NCBI RefSeq assembly: GCF_000143415.4
Contig: NW_003314275.1
Span: forward strand, 2,213,419 to 2,277,418
Source of the DNA: Selaginella moellendorffii
Lineage: Eukaryota; Plantae; Lycopodiophyta
Direction: 5' to 3'
Length of the DNA: 64,000 nt
Shown: one piece after another, positions 10,812 through 22,677 of the stretch
How the letters are laid out: every line of letters begins with the position of its first letter
How positions within the stretch are numbered: position 1 is the first letter of the stretch
Notes under the pieces: model-generated
Database searches by the model: none
Seen by the model: only the letters and a program-made list of their open reading frames with translations
What the model was told of the DNA's origin: nothing
Position numbers and translations under genes: made by a program

Positions 10812-11547
10812 CGGCCTCAACTCGCGAGAAATAATCTGAGCAAAGAGGGAAGAAAACAGAAACCAGTTTCTGAGAGTCCACAGATTCAAAAACAAATCAA
10901 GGAACAGTGTGATTCTTTTCTTTCTTTTTGTTTGGAGCTCTAACGTGGAGTCAGCGAGGCATTCAGAGAACAAGGTAAACTGATGGTTCCCAAAACACCC
11001 AAGAAAAAAGAAATCCCAAGATCGATTAAGAAAATGAACAAGCACTTTGGCTCCCGGTCAAAAGAAACACAGGCAAACATTCCACGGCGCATGCGAAAGC
11101 GAGCCTCTTTTGACAAGGGAGACAAAGTCAATAGCAATGTAGCAACTGGAAAGATTCGATCTTGGCCAGCGGAAGCGCTCGCTAGGGTTTTGGGAGACAA
11201 CAAAGAACCGAAGCAAGAAAACTGAAGAAGCAAGAAAACGCGAAGCAAGAAAATGCCCAAGAAGAGGAGAGAGAACAAGAACCTGTTGATCGCGATCAAG
11301 CGCGCTTCCTCCGCTCGCCCGCCACTCTCCCAAGCTTCTTTCTCCCCATGGCGGTAGCACGGGCACCAATGCGCGCGCCGCTAACCTTTGCTTACCGCTT
11401 AATTAATGTCACAGAATGTACACCCACACTAACAGAATATCCTCCTAGCAGACAGAATATACGACATTGGTATATGCCATCTGATCTTTTTAAATTTAAA
11501 TTTTGGGGTTTAGGAGTTTAGGGTTCTTCGATAGAAACGCTTCATCT

Positions 11548-12576
11548 TTACATTTTGGAGAGGTAGTGGTAGACTCCCCGGCCGGATTTGCGCCCCAGCC
11601 AGCCAGCGTCCACGTACTGGGCGAGCAGCGGGCAGGGGCGGTACTTGGCGTCGCCCAGGCCGGCGTGGAGGACGCCCATGATCGACAAGCAAGTGTCGAG
11701 GCCGATGAAATCCGCGAGCGCCAGCGGCCCCATGGGCTGGTTCGTCCCGAGCTTCATGGCCGTGTCGATCTCCTCCGCGCTGCTCACGCCCTCGAGCAGC
11801 GCGTAGAACGCCTCGTTGATCATCGGCATGAGGATCCGGTTGACGACGAAGCCCGGGAAGTCGCGGGAGCTCACCACCGTCTTGCCGAATCTATCCGGGG
11901 TGATCAGCTTAGCTTCTATAAGATGGGTGCTGCTCTCTTACCTCTCCGCGAGCTCCTTGGTCTGCTCAAAAACTTCGTCCGCGGTTGCCAGGCCCCGGAC
12001 GATCTCCACGAGCTTCATCAATGGCGGCGGGTTCATGAAATGCATGCCAATCACCTGTTGGAAAGAACAGAACTCTAGAGCTTGACACTTCTTAGAACAA
12101 GGAGGAGATCACTTACTTGCTGAGGACGTTGCGTAGAGGCAGCCAGCCTTGTGATCGAGATGGAGCTCGTGTTTGACGCCAGGATCGCCGACGGCTTGAG
12201 CAGCCTATCCAGCTCCGAGAAAATCCCCTTCTTCACATTCTCTCGCTCGGAGACAGCCTCGATCACCACATCCGCCGAGCTCATGTCAGCCAGAGAAGTG
12301 GTCGTCGACACGCGCGCCAGAGTCGCATTCGCTTCATCCTGCCAGCGATCAATCAATCTCCCCTTCCTGGATGCGCTACAATTCATTTACCTCCGAGATG
12401 ACGCCCTTCTTCACGAATCTCGCCAGCGACGAGGAAATGCTCTGCAAGCCCCTCGTCAGAGCCGCGCCGTCGGAGTCCGCCATCACCACGGCCATCTGCG
12501 CGGCGGCCGCGAGCTGCGCGATTCCAGCCCCCATTTGCCCTGCGCCTACCACGCCCACGACCCTGACGATCGCCAT
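11548..12576 (-). CDS. 3-hydroxybutyryl/3-hydroxyacyl-CoA dehydrogenase; exons 12576-12391, 12338-12117, 12054-11942, 11890-11548
   Basis: Rossmann motif [37 protein letters not shown] and PMGPL.LAD.IGLD. C-terminal SKM is PTS1-like. Introns of 52, 62 and 51 nt. Confidence 0.93.
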
Positions 12577-12736
12577 AGCGCACAGGGCTCATGATCCGAA
12601 GAACCCTAAACACAGAGCATTTAGTTTGAAGGAATCGAACCCTCGTCGTCTTTTACCCCTTTTAATCATGACTAAAAGGTCGTTTTTTTAACGGAATTAT
12701 CATTTCGAAAGAATATCTTCCGTGCTAGGGCTAGCT

Positions 12737-13963
12737 ATGGCGAGCACGATGCGGCCAGCGCCTCCCGTGTGCTTGTGCGGCGATGGCGCGGCTTCGTCTA
12801 GCAGCTGGACATGGGTGGGAAGAAGCCGAATTTCATTCTCCGCGGTAAGGAGGCCTCGCATTTTCGATTTGGCGATCAGAAGGAAGAATCGTGTTCTCAA
12901 GTGCGTGGCGGCAAAGGCAGAGACGGAGCTGGACGGTGGGAGCTCGAGTGGAACCACTGTGGAGGAGGCGCCACCGGGTAAGCTCCAAATTCCAACGAAA
13001 ATTCTAGCAATCTCTTTTGTCCATTCGCTAAACAGCTCCAAGCACAAGGCCTGATGAAAAAATCTCGAGCACGATCTCTCAAGACTCGTCATCTCCAATT
13101 TCGTCTTGGCTCTATCCCGACAAGGAGGACCTCCCCGACGACAAAGAGATGACAATCTTTGAACACTTGGAAGAGCTTCGGGAGCGTTTGCTCTTGTCGG
13201 TCGGAGCCGTGGGAGTGGCAATGCTTGGCTGCTTTGCCTTCGCTAAAGATCTCATCATGTACTTGGAATCACCAGCACACGTACAAGGCGTTCGTTTCCT
13301 CCAACTCTCACCCGGCGAGTATTTCTTCACAACTCTAAAGGTATGCTCGCGGTTCTAGAGTTGCAATAATGAGATCTATCTGCTTTCTCGTTTCACAGGT
13401 CTCTGGTTACTGCGGACTTCTCATCGCCAGCCCAGTCATTCTGTACGAGATCATCGCGTTTGTAGTCCCGGGGCTAACTCTGAGCGAGAGAAAGTTCCTG
13501 GGGCCTATTGTTCTCGGATCGTCCATTCTCTTCTACGCAGGATTGGCGTTCTCCTACTCGGTGTTGACTCCGGCAGCGCTAAACTTCTTCGTTTCCTACG
13601 CCGAAGGAGTGGTAGAATCGATCTGGTCGATCGACCAGTACTTTGAGTTCATCCTCGTGCTCATGTTTAGCACAGGTCTCGCCTTCCAGGTTCGTGATGA
13701 GGTTTCTTACGTCTTTGGTTCCAAGGTTCCGTGGTTTCCAGGTTCCAGTGATACAACTTTTACTGGGACAAACCAAGCTTGTCACTGGCGATCAAATGCT
13801 ATCGGTGTGGAGATATGTTGTTGTCGGTGCTGTTGTTGCTGCTGCAGTTCTCACGCCCTCTACAGATCCGCTAACGCAGATCCTTTTGGCCGGTCCCTTG
13901 ATTGGACTGTACCTGGGTGGGGCATCTCTCGTCAAGTTACTCCAAGCTGGAGAGACTTCCTGA
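12737..13963 (+). CDS. TATC: Chloroplast Sec-independent translocase TatC, multi-exon
   Basis: [58 protein letters not shown] and AVLTPSTDP. Introns start at 12978, 13341 and about 13691. Confidence 0.95.
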
Positions 13964-14089
13964 GACACATACAAATTCTAACTATATTTATTAAAACATG
14001 TCTATAATTTTAAACATTTATGAGAGGAAATTATTTTCTTTAATAGAAATTTAATATAAACATTACCTTAAGTAGCACATAAGTAATGG

Positions 14090-14450
14090 TTTCTTGTATT
14101 AGAAGTCTACAAAACATTATTAGGAAATTTTGTCATATAAATGACAAGGCTACAATCATCTTGAATGGACAAAAATGTTGATGATATACATAATGGTTGA
14201 TTATTCAATAATTATTGTTTATATTCCATATTACTTTTATGCCATTAAATAAAACGACATTTCCATTCTTTTGTACAACTAAATAACAAATAAAAAAATT
14301 TCCTTTTACCTGTTTCTTATATTTTATTATTTTTTGAATATAGAATAAGATTACAGTCAAACTCTAAAATTAATATATTTTTCTTATTTGGAGAAATTAA
14401 AAACTCATCAGAAGAAAAATGCAATCCATGATATAATGTATCATTCATTT
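14090..14450 (-). pseudogene. Degraded bulb-type (GNA/B-lectin) mannose-binding lectin relic
   Basis: Three QxDxNxVxY-like motifs in shifting frames (EFDCNLILY, QKNGNVVLF, QDDCSLVIY), and VL*TSNT where TGG appears to have become TAG. Confidence 0.6.
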
Positions 14451-16849
14451 GAACTTTCCAAATTATAAGATTCATAAAATAAAGATAATAATTCAGTATG
14501 TTCATTTAATTCATATTTATAACATATTTAGTACTTTCGCTTCCATAAAAGTTTGCAAGTACTTCATTCATTTGAGCTACACTTTTTTCTAAAATACTAT
14601 TAAGACCTTGGAGAATAAGATAACCTGAAATTGTTGAACATTTATCATGACATGACTAACGTTTAGTTATTACATCAACAAGCCCTTTTGAGGTAGATAC
14701 TTGCAATAGTGTAAAACATAAATATAACAGAAATATAGAATAAATTTTTAGCTTTAATTTTAATCATATTATAGCTTATTATTATTATCACATATTAGTG
14801 TTTTATTATTTAAAAACTTATATTAAAATTGATTTCTTAAAGAGAATATTATAATATAAATTTAGTCTTGTACTTGTATGTATTTCTATAAATATATATA
14901 AATACTAGAATTATATATTAAGATAGAATGGATCCTTGCTTAAAATTCAAACCTCTATGCTATATATTTGTTTTACTTATTCAGATTCAAAGTTCTAATA
15001 TACTTGCAACTTTCCATTCTTGATGGAGTATATTTCTGTCATCATTGCTCCCAATGGGACTTGCATCTCAAACCTTCATGAGATTCAAACTTAAAAAACC
15101 TATAATGTGCATAAATTTATTGATTAGCTTTAATTAATTTTAGAGTTTGTACTGAGAGTATTCATCTTTTTCTCAAAGATGAGCTTCTAAGAGTTTGAAT
15201 ATTCTTTGATAAATAGCATTTCATTTCCATATCCTCTTAGTGGAAGATCAAGCTTATAATGAATATTATATTGGAATGATGGTTGTGCTGAGAGTCAATT
15301 ATAACATGATGAAGCAACTATATCCTCAGCACATGCCAACTTGATGCTTATTAATATACAATTGCAAGAGGAATTCATTTACAAGTATCCCAATAGGTTC
15401 ATCTAATATATTTGAGTGTGAAATATGTAGTGCTCAAGTGGTGAAGGCATATGTTCATTCTCTTCACCAAATTTTGGCTCACAAGTGCTTAAAGAAGCTA
15501 GACAAAGACATATAATATACCATCAATTAGAAATACAAAAGGTTACTTTAAGCCCCAACACAACTACATCTTAAAGTCATATGTGGTGCTCAACTCCCTC
15601 ATCATTATGATGGCCTTCACAATGTCATAATCCCATAGAATATGCTTCATGGTTTCCACTACCCTACATCCCTTGCATTTTGAAGGTCATTAAGAGACTC
15701 AGGGGAAATGCCAAGGGTGTCAAGAAGGCCTCAAACAACTATAATGGGTGGTCAAGGCATTAGATTCTTTAAAGAGGAAAATTTCCAAAATGAAGGATTT
15801 GCAATGTATTAAGATAAATAGCCATATAATGATTTTGCCTCCTTCCATAAGGTTAAAAAGCCTCACAGAAGAAGAGTTCATTGATTCCAATTGATATTTG
15901 GTAAAAGAAATTGAGGATGAAGCAATTTCACAATGCTATAGCAAAAGGTTCCTCCAAATGAAAATGGATGGAATTGTGAGGTCTTTTGAAATTTAGCTAT
16001 AATGACCATAGGAAATAAAGATTATAGTTTCCATTACTGGAAAGTTCTAATAGTGAAGATGTCAAATGGCCAAAGGCATATAAACAGAGGATGCAACTAA
16101 AACGTGAAACATTTGCTTTAGAAACTAATCAACCTGCAATTGAAGGGGTTGAGAGGATATGGGGAATGACTCTATATCCTTTGATAGAAGAACTTTTTTT
16201 TTAGTCAGGGTGTAAAAAAATTGAATAGAATATATGTCTGAATGAGAATTTTCATATCTTAGTTGTCTATAGCTCTCTGTCTAGAATGTCTAATCATAAG
16301 AGGCTATTAATTCATCCTCTTAAGATGTTTTAAAGGTTAGGATGTTTTGTTGCACCATGTGAACAAGATACTACCATCTTTGATAAATTCAAATTACTTA
16401 GATTCAAAGAAAATGGTAAATTAGATTAATCAAGATTGGTTAACAACCCCCTTCACAATAAAATAAGTGAATGGTTGGTCAGCCTATAATACAATGCTAT
16501 GGATTATGAGTACAATGTCCACTATACCAATTAGAATTTAGCAAAATTCCTCAAGGGAAGAGTTTCTGGGGCATCTAAGAGGATGTGAGTTTGGGTTGAG
16601 TTGGTTTAAACAAAGTTTAGCAATTGGTTCCTCAACTTAAATAGTTGAAGACTTCAGTATAAGCTTGCCATGAGGATATAGAAGGACAATAAAGTTGTCT
16701 AGACTTTTGTAAATGCTCTTTATAGTGCTATTGGGGCTATTTATGGTCATTAATTGACATTTGAGAGACTATTTTGTGAAAGAATTGAAGTTTAGACCAA
16801 AAGTTCCAACTTGAAGGTCGAGAGTAAGAGTGGAACTAAAAAAAAAGCA

Positions 16850-18420
16850 CTTAAGGAATGTGTAAACAACTAATTTTTCCATTCTACTTTAGTCACTTAA
16901 CCACACCTCCGACCACTTGGAAAAGTTTCACTCACAACCTTCATAAGTCTTATTTTGGACTTGGGCTTGCTAACCTCGAGAATGGCATCCCTACCACTCA
17001 ATCTTTGCACTTGGTCCAAGTGCTTCACATGTCCAATCCCATGACCGAAACCCCAAAGTACCACCGACATATTAGCCCATTATGCTAAGGCCATGCCCAC
17101 TCACCTTGGTCACATCGGTGGTTTGACACCATCTACATCATAGTCCCATCTCTCAAAGACTAGGCCATCTGTCTATGAGTGATCATCCCAGATCCACTCC
17201 TTAGCATCCTTAGGATGCCTATAGATATGGGGGATAGCCTTCCCCAATATCCCCTTTATGGTCCCCACCAAGTCCCTTTCTGCCCATGGCCATGTTCACC
17301 AACACTGCCACTGGATCAAGGCCCACAGGCCCGACCACTAAGTCCCACGGTCCTCTGGGACTTCCTTCTCACATGACCGTATCCTTGGTCTCTACACTAT
17401 AGGACGGCTCTTCTTCCTTTTCACAATCTGGGACCTTGGGGCAACATTTCGGAATACCATGGCCTTATGCAAGCCTCGTGGGTACTCTCCCCGCCTTCCG
17501 CCTTTGGGTGCTGTAGCTGTGGGCTTAGAGTGAGGTTCCCTTGAGCCACACTAGGTATCCAAGTAGGTAGTGCCACCCAAACTTGGACTAGGAGCATCAA
17601 TCAGTCAATCTCCCGGGGGAACTAGAGTCGGCTCTTGAACACTTCACCAAGCTACCCTGTTTGTCAGTTTGTGTTCACTCTAGTCTTGGACTTCCCAGTG
17701 GGCAGCTCATCACCCAACACTAGTTACAGCCTTCCTGGGCTAAACTGGCCTTTCCTAGCCAAACTGGCTCCACTGTAGTCCTCCCCCTTACTATACTTTT
17801 GGAGCTCACCAAATCCCCCAGGGTCTAGGAGACGAATGCTTTGGGCTTTCACCCTCTCAGACTCAAACTTGGACTCGGACTTGGACTCGGACTCGAACTC
17901 GGCCTCGGTCTCGGCCTTGGTCTCGGTCTCGGTCCCGATCTTAGTCTCGGTCTCGGTCTTGGTCCCAGTCTTGGTCTCGGTCTCGGTCTTGGTCTCGGTC
18001 TCGACCTCGGACTCCATCTCAGGTCCTTCTCAGACTCCATCTCGGATTCCATCTCGGGTCCATCTCGAACTCCATCTCGGACTCCGTCTCGGTCCATCTC
18101 GGACTCCATCTCGGGTCCATCTCAAACTCCATCTCGGACTCCGTCTCGGTCCATCTCGGACTCCATCTCGGACTCCATCTCGGTCCATCTCGGACTCCAT
18201 CTTAGACTCCATCTTGGGTCTCTTTTTAGAGCCTCGCTTATTGCTCACTTCGTGCTCATTCCTTGAGCACTTTGTTAGGAGTTCCACTCCTGCTCTCGAC
18301 CTTTCAAGTCGGAGCTTTTAGTCCAAATGTGTTACGCTCGTTTGGCTTTCGCTTCAACCATTACCATGTGGTGCCCTTCCGGCTCCATTTTGGGGCCTAG
18401 GGATTTTGTGTCTCACAGAA
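16850..18420 (-). mobile_element. Degenerate retroelement remnant (GC-richer copy) containing the hexamer satellite
   Basis: Its reverse complement aligns with 18500-18984 and 20070 onward. It shares the GTGAAAGCCCAAAG motif with the solo LTRs. No intact TE ORF is seen. Confidence 0.5.
17860..18220. repeat. Period-6/12 tandem satellite (GACTCG, GGTCTC, GGACTCCATCTC units)
   Basis: Read directly; it produces dipeptide-repeat ORFs in several frames. Confidence 0.93.
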
Positions 18421-18499
18421 TGAGTATGAAGTGATTGATAAATAAGTCTCTAGAAAGGAATAAAAGAATGACTGACACATATTAAGTGTTGTCACACAT

Positions 18500-18984
18500 G
18501 GAAGTGTTGAGATTGAGTCTGAGTTGAGTCCAAGACCAAGACTAAGACAAAGTTTGATGCTTAATTTGAGTTCAAGATCAAGTCTGAGACCAAGTCTGAA
18601 ACCAAGTTCGAGACCAAATCTGAGTTCGAATTCGAGGGGTAAAAGCCCAAAGTAATCATCTTTTAGACCTTAGAGGTTTGGTAAATCTTTGTGGGATAGT
18701 AGGAGGAGGATTTTAAGGGAATTAGTGTGACTAAAAAAGGTTATACTCTTGTGGTGAATAATGATATGAATACAAAGGAGTCCAAAGTTGGGATATACAT
18801 GGATGAATAAGTGGGGTGACTTAATGAAGTGTTTAAAAGCCAACTCTAATTTCTCCAAGAGATTGGATGATTAATACTCCCAATCCTAACACTACCTACT
18901 TAAATACTTTGAGTGGCTCATTAAAACCTATATGGCTAGGGCACTCTAGTGGTTAAAAGTAGGAAAAGTACCTATAAAGTTTAT
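18500..18984 (+). mobile_element. Second, heavily C>T/G>A-mutated copy of the 17.4-18.0 kb element, in inverted orientation; interrupted by a solo LTR and resuming near 20070
   Basis: For example gaagtgtttaaaagccaactctaatttctccaagagattg matches the reverse complement gaagtgttcaagagccgactctagttccccccgggagattg. cactacctactt is shared. Confidence 0.65.
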
Positions 18985-20064
18985 TGTTGCAAATGTGACT
19001 ATGGAGATTGAAAATTATTAATCAGTGAGTCATTTTGGATATTCTTTCTTTATTGCCACAATGGCAAGAGGTCGATATTGTTAAACCTTTTATTAGTCTT
19101 TTGTTCAAGTGTTAGTAAACTTAACTTAACATTTGTACTTAGCCAGACGAGTATAAAGAAGGAATTCCTAAGTGTCTATTTAACCAAACATACCTGGTCT
19201 AGTTTGTTAGTTCTTTTCTACTTTATGCTTTACTGGCTTGACAAGAACCCCTACAATATTGAGTTTAGTTCCTTAATACTTGTTAAATAATAGCTTATTG
19301 TATTTGCTAAACACCCTCGCTATCATGCCTTATGTGTTTGTCCCATTCAGTTCCATTAGCTATTTATGGAAAGTGTTTAAATCTGTGAGTTAGGCATATC
19401 TATGGAATGTAGAGCTTGTTGGTATTAAATTCACAATCTAGCACTATTCCATATATAATAAGTTCTTGTGATTATCTCAGAGACTAACTCTTAGAATTGG
19501 GGTGAAAGCCCAAAGTATGCATTCCTTTGGGGAGGGGGGAAGTTGTGAGGGGTCCAAATGTATAGTAGGGATAATGGGTAGGTCAAGCATAGCCAACCAA
19601 CCTGAAGCATAATTTAGCTCTTGTTTGTATATATGTCTTTATTCTGTGTTTGGCTTGGGTCTAAGCCCAAGCTCCATACCATGTTAATTGATGGAGTACC
19701 TATATCCTCTCATTAAACTACTAAAATGCTGAAATAACATTAAACTTTATTTAACTATAATTTGCAAGCTAGTCTTGGCATTAGGATGCTAAATGCTCTA
19801 AGATTGTTCTTATGTCGCTCCGTGCTCATGTCCTTTTGTTCTTTGAGCTATACTCTAGGGAGTTGTTCCGTGCTTTGCTTCCTTCACTCCTTAGCTCTAT
19901 GCTTACTTCATTCAATGGCTCAAGGACTTGAAACTTGAGTTCTACTCTGTTGTCATTGGACACATGGCATGTGGCATATGGCATATAGAGTGTTTAAGTT
20001 TTACTTTATGGTTATTCTATAGTAAATCGCTATAGGATAAAAAGTGAAAACCACATGCATTACA
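18985..20064. mobile_element. Solo LTR (TGTT...TTACA) with near-perfect 5-bp TSD tttat/cttat
   Basis: TG..CA ends, TSD with one C>T difference, and co-linear similarity with 21738-22677. Confidence 0.7.
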
Positions 20065-20526
20065 CTTATATTTGGCCTATCATCCTAATTTTTTTGATTG
20101 TGGAAATAAAGAAAAACAGTGAGGTGCTATATTGACTTCACATTTGGTTAAAGTGCTTGGGTCTAAAAGTATGTCCTACTAACATTTGGAACTTCCTCAC
20201 TACATAATTTGAAATCATCTCTAGGGGTTAGTAAGTGCCCTAAATTGGGATGAAGATATATAGAGGTTTCTCTTCAAGTGGTTAAAGATGTAAAGTAAAA
20301 TGGAAAATTTGAGTTATATGTATAAGCTATGACTCAAGTAATTGAGTTTGAGAAAAAAATTCCTAAGCCGATCAAGGCAATGAAATCAACAGACAAAAAA
20401 AAGACTATAGGGATGTTATTTCAAAAAAAGCTACATGGAGGTAATATGTATTACAATATGTGATATTAGCTTGAAGATGGGTCAAATAAACATTCAATCC
20501 ATAGGAGATGTGAAAAATGCCTAGAA

Positions 20527-21555
20527 TGTAATGCACTTTATCTCTCTAATTGGAAAAAGGGTAATTGCTTAATGAAAGAGCCCTTAATGGCTATTTTATC
20601 CCCATTTATCCCCTAAGGTTCCAAGGATCCACGGTGATAGTATATCCAAATCTCATCCCATGATCACATGTGCTACACTCACCACAGTATATCCAAATCT
20701 CATCCCATGATCACATGCGCTACACTCACTACAGTATATCCAAATCTTATCCCATGATCACATACGTTACGCTCACCACAGTATATCTAAATCTCATCTA
20801 TGATCACATCTATGATCATATGGATTACACTCACCCCCCCTTCAAAGATGTCAATATCCTCATTAACTATTGACTAACAACCCCTACTGAGCCAAGGGGA
20901 ACCAACACTTCCATTTCCGCACTTAATCTACCAATCCTTCCATTGTCAATCGAACCATTGTCAATATCCTCATTGACTATTGACTAACAACCCCTACTGA
21001 GCCAAGGGGAACTAACATTTCCATTTCCGCACTTAATCTACCAATCCTTCCATTGTCAATCGAACCATTAGCACCCATGCATCATTCTACCAATCCTTCC
21101 ATTGTCAATCGAACTATTGTCAATCCATTTCCGTCGAACTATTGTCAATCCATTTCCGCACTTAATCTACCAATCCTTCCATTGTCAATTGAACCATTGG
21201 CATCCATGCATCATTCTACCAATCCTTCAATTGTTAATCGAACCATTGTCAATCCATGCATGATGCATGGATGCCTAATACGTAAAATTTCAAATTTAGG
21301 GATAAGAATATACTTTGCTCAAGAGTATATTATATTTTTAAGTAGCCATTAATTAATGGGAATCGAACCCGTGCCATTTTCTCTGATACCAACTGTAGCG
21401 CACATTATCTCTCTTCTCTTAAGCCAACTGGAAAAGGGGCAATTGCTTGATGAGAGAGCCCTTAGTAGTTATTTTATCTTTATTTATCCCCCAAGGTTTT
21501 AAGGATCCATGGTGACAGTATATCCAAATCTCATCCCATGATCACATGTGTTACA
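20527..21555 (-). mobile_element. TRIM (terminal-repeat retrotransposon in miniature): LTRs 21394-21555 and 20527-20677, tRNA-iMet PBS 21381-21391, PPT about 20830-20842, TSD CTAGAA
   Basis: Two TGT..ACA repeats of about 150-160 bp. TGGTATCAGAG lies 2 nt from the 5' LTR on the minus strand. PPT is AAGGGGGGGTGAG. CTAGAA flanks both ends (20521-26, 21556-61). Non-coding interior. Confidence 0.85.
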
Positions 21556-21737
21556 CTAGAATAAGGTCTTTATAATAACATTAAAGTAAGAGAACTTGGT
21601 ATTTGTCCAATAAACCCAATGCTAGACAATGAAAGTTCTTCCAGAGAAGCGAGTTAGCCAAAAGAATTTAAATGGGGCCATATATACCTCTATTGAAAGA
21701 AAGGTCCAATTTTTAGAGGTTATCTTAGGAATTTAGT

Positions 21738-22677
21738 TGTTATGAATGTGATTACAAGTATTAAAAGTTACTTGGTGGTAAAAATTTTTGGATATTCTTT
21801 CCTTATTGCCACAATAGCAGAAAGTCAGTATCATTGGTTTCCTTTGTTAGTTGAAAAATTAGTCATCATGTATATACCTATCCTAGATAAACATAAGGTA
21901 GAAACTCTTATGTGTTTTGTGCTGAGCATAGTCAATTTAGGTTGAAAAACTTATATGTTGACTTACACTTGCTAATGTTGGGAACTTGTGATATTAAGCT
22001 TGGTCCCTCAATACTCACAAAGTGATAGCTTACCATATTTATTTAATAAGTTTTTATGATTATCCCAAAAACTAACTTTTGGGACTAAGATGAAAGCCCA
22101 AAGCGTGCATTCCTCTAATAGGGGGGGGAGGGGGGGTATAGGGGGTTCCAAATATACAATTAGGTCAGGGGTATGGTTAACCAACTTGAGATATATTTTA
22201 ATTCCCATTTGTGTACTTGTCTTTATTTTGGGTCTAACTTGGGTCTAGGCCCAAGTTCCATACCATGGTAGCTAATGTTGTATCCATTTCCTCAAATTAG
22301 GCCATTTATATGTTAAAATAACAATTCCATTTGGCTTTATTTTGTATGCTAGATGCTGGAAGCTTTAAGATTGCTCTAACATCATTTTGTGCTTCTGTCC
22401 CTTCACCCCTTGGGGTTGTACGCTTAAGAGTCACTCCATACTCCTATTATTTTACTTCTTAGATTATAAACTTAAGAGTTATTTTATGCTTTAGTTTCCT
22501 ACGCTCTTTAGCTATATGTTGAAGAATTTGGCTCCATCTCTTCGTTTAGTGGGTTAAGGCCTTGAACTCAAGTTCCACTCCACTACCCTTGGCCCATATG
22601 TCCAAGGGTTAAGAATTTGCTCTATGGTTATTCTATGATAAACCACTATAGAGTAGGGTGAAACCACATGTATTACA
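21738..22677. mobile_element. Solo LTR of the same family as 18985-20064, TSD ttagt/ctagt
   Basis: TG..CA ends and TSD with one C>T difference. Shared blocks: tttggatattcttt, tgaaagcccaaag, cttgggtcta.gcccaag and aaaccacatg.attaca. Confidence 0.7.

Noticed and set aside
8992-10943. Long antisense or alternate-frame ORFs over GC-rich genes (also at 29.9, 34.2, 35.3 and 39.4 kb)
   Set aside because: Expected shadow ORFs of high-GC coding sequence, with no motifs.
15000-16800. Possible decayed coding sequence
   Set aside because: All frames are riddled with stops and I could not assign a family.
17724-18321. ORFs with ET, SV, GL and PR dipeptide repeats
   Set aside because: They are by-products of a stop-free hexamer satellite and show no gene structure.
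20637-21255. CRISPR-like array
   Set aside because: Eukaryotic context, and the repeats are tandem without unique spacers, lying inside a TRIM.
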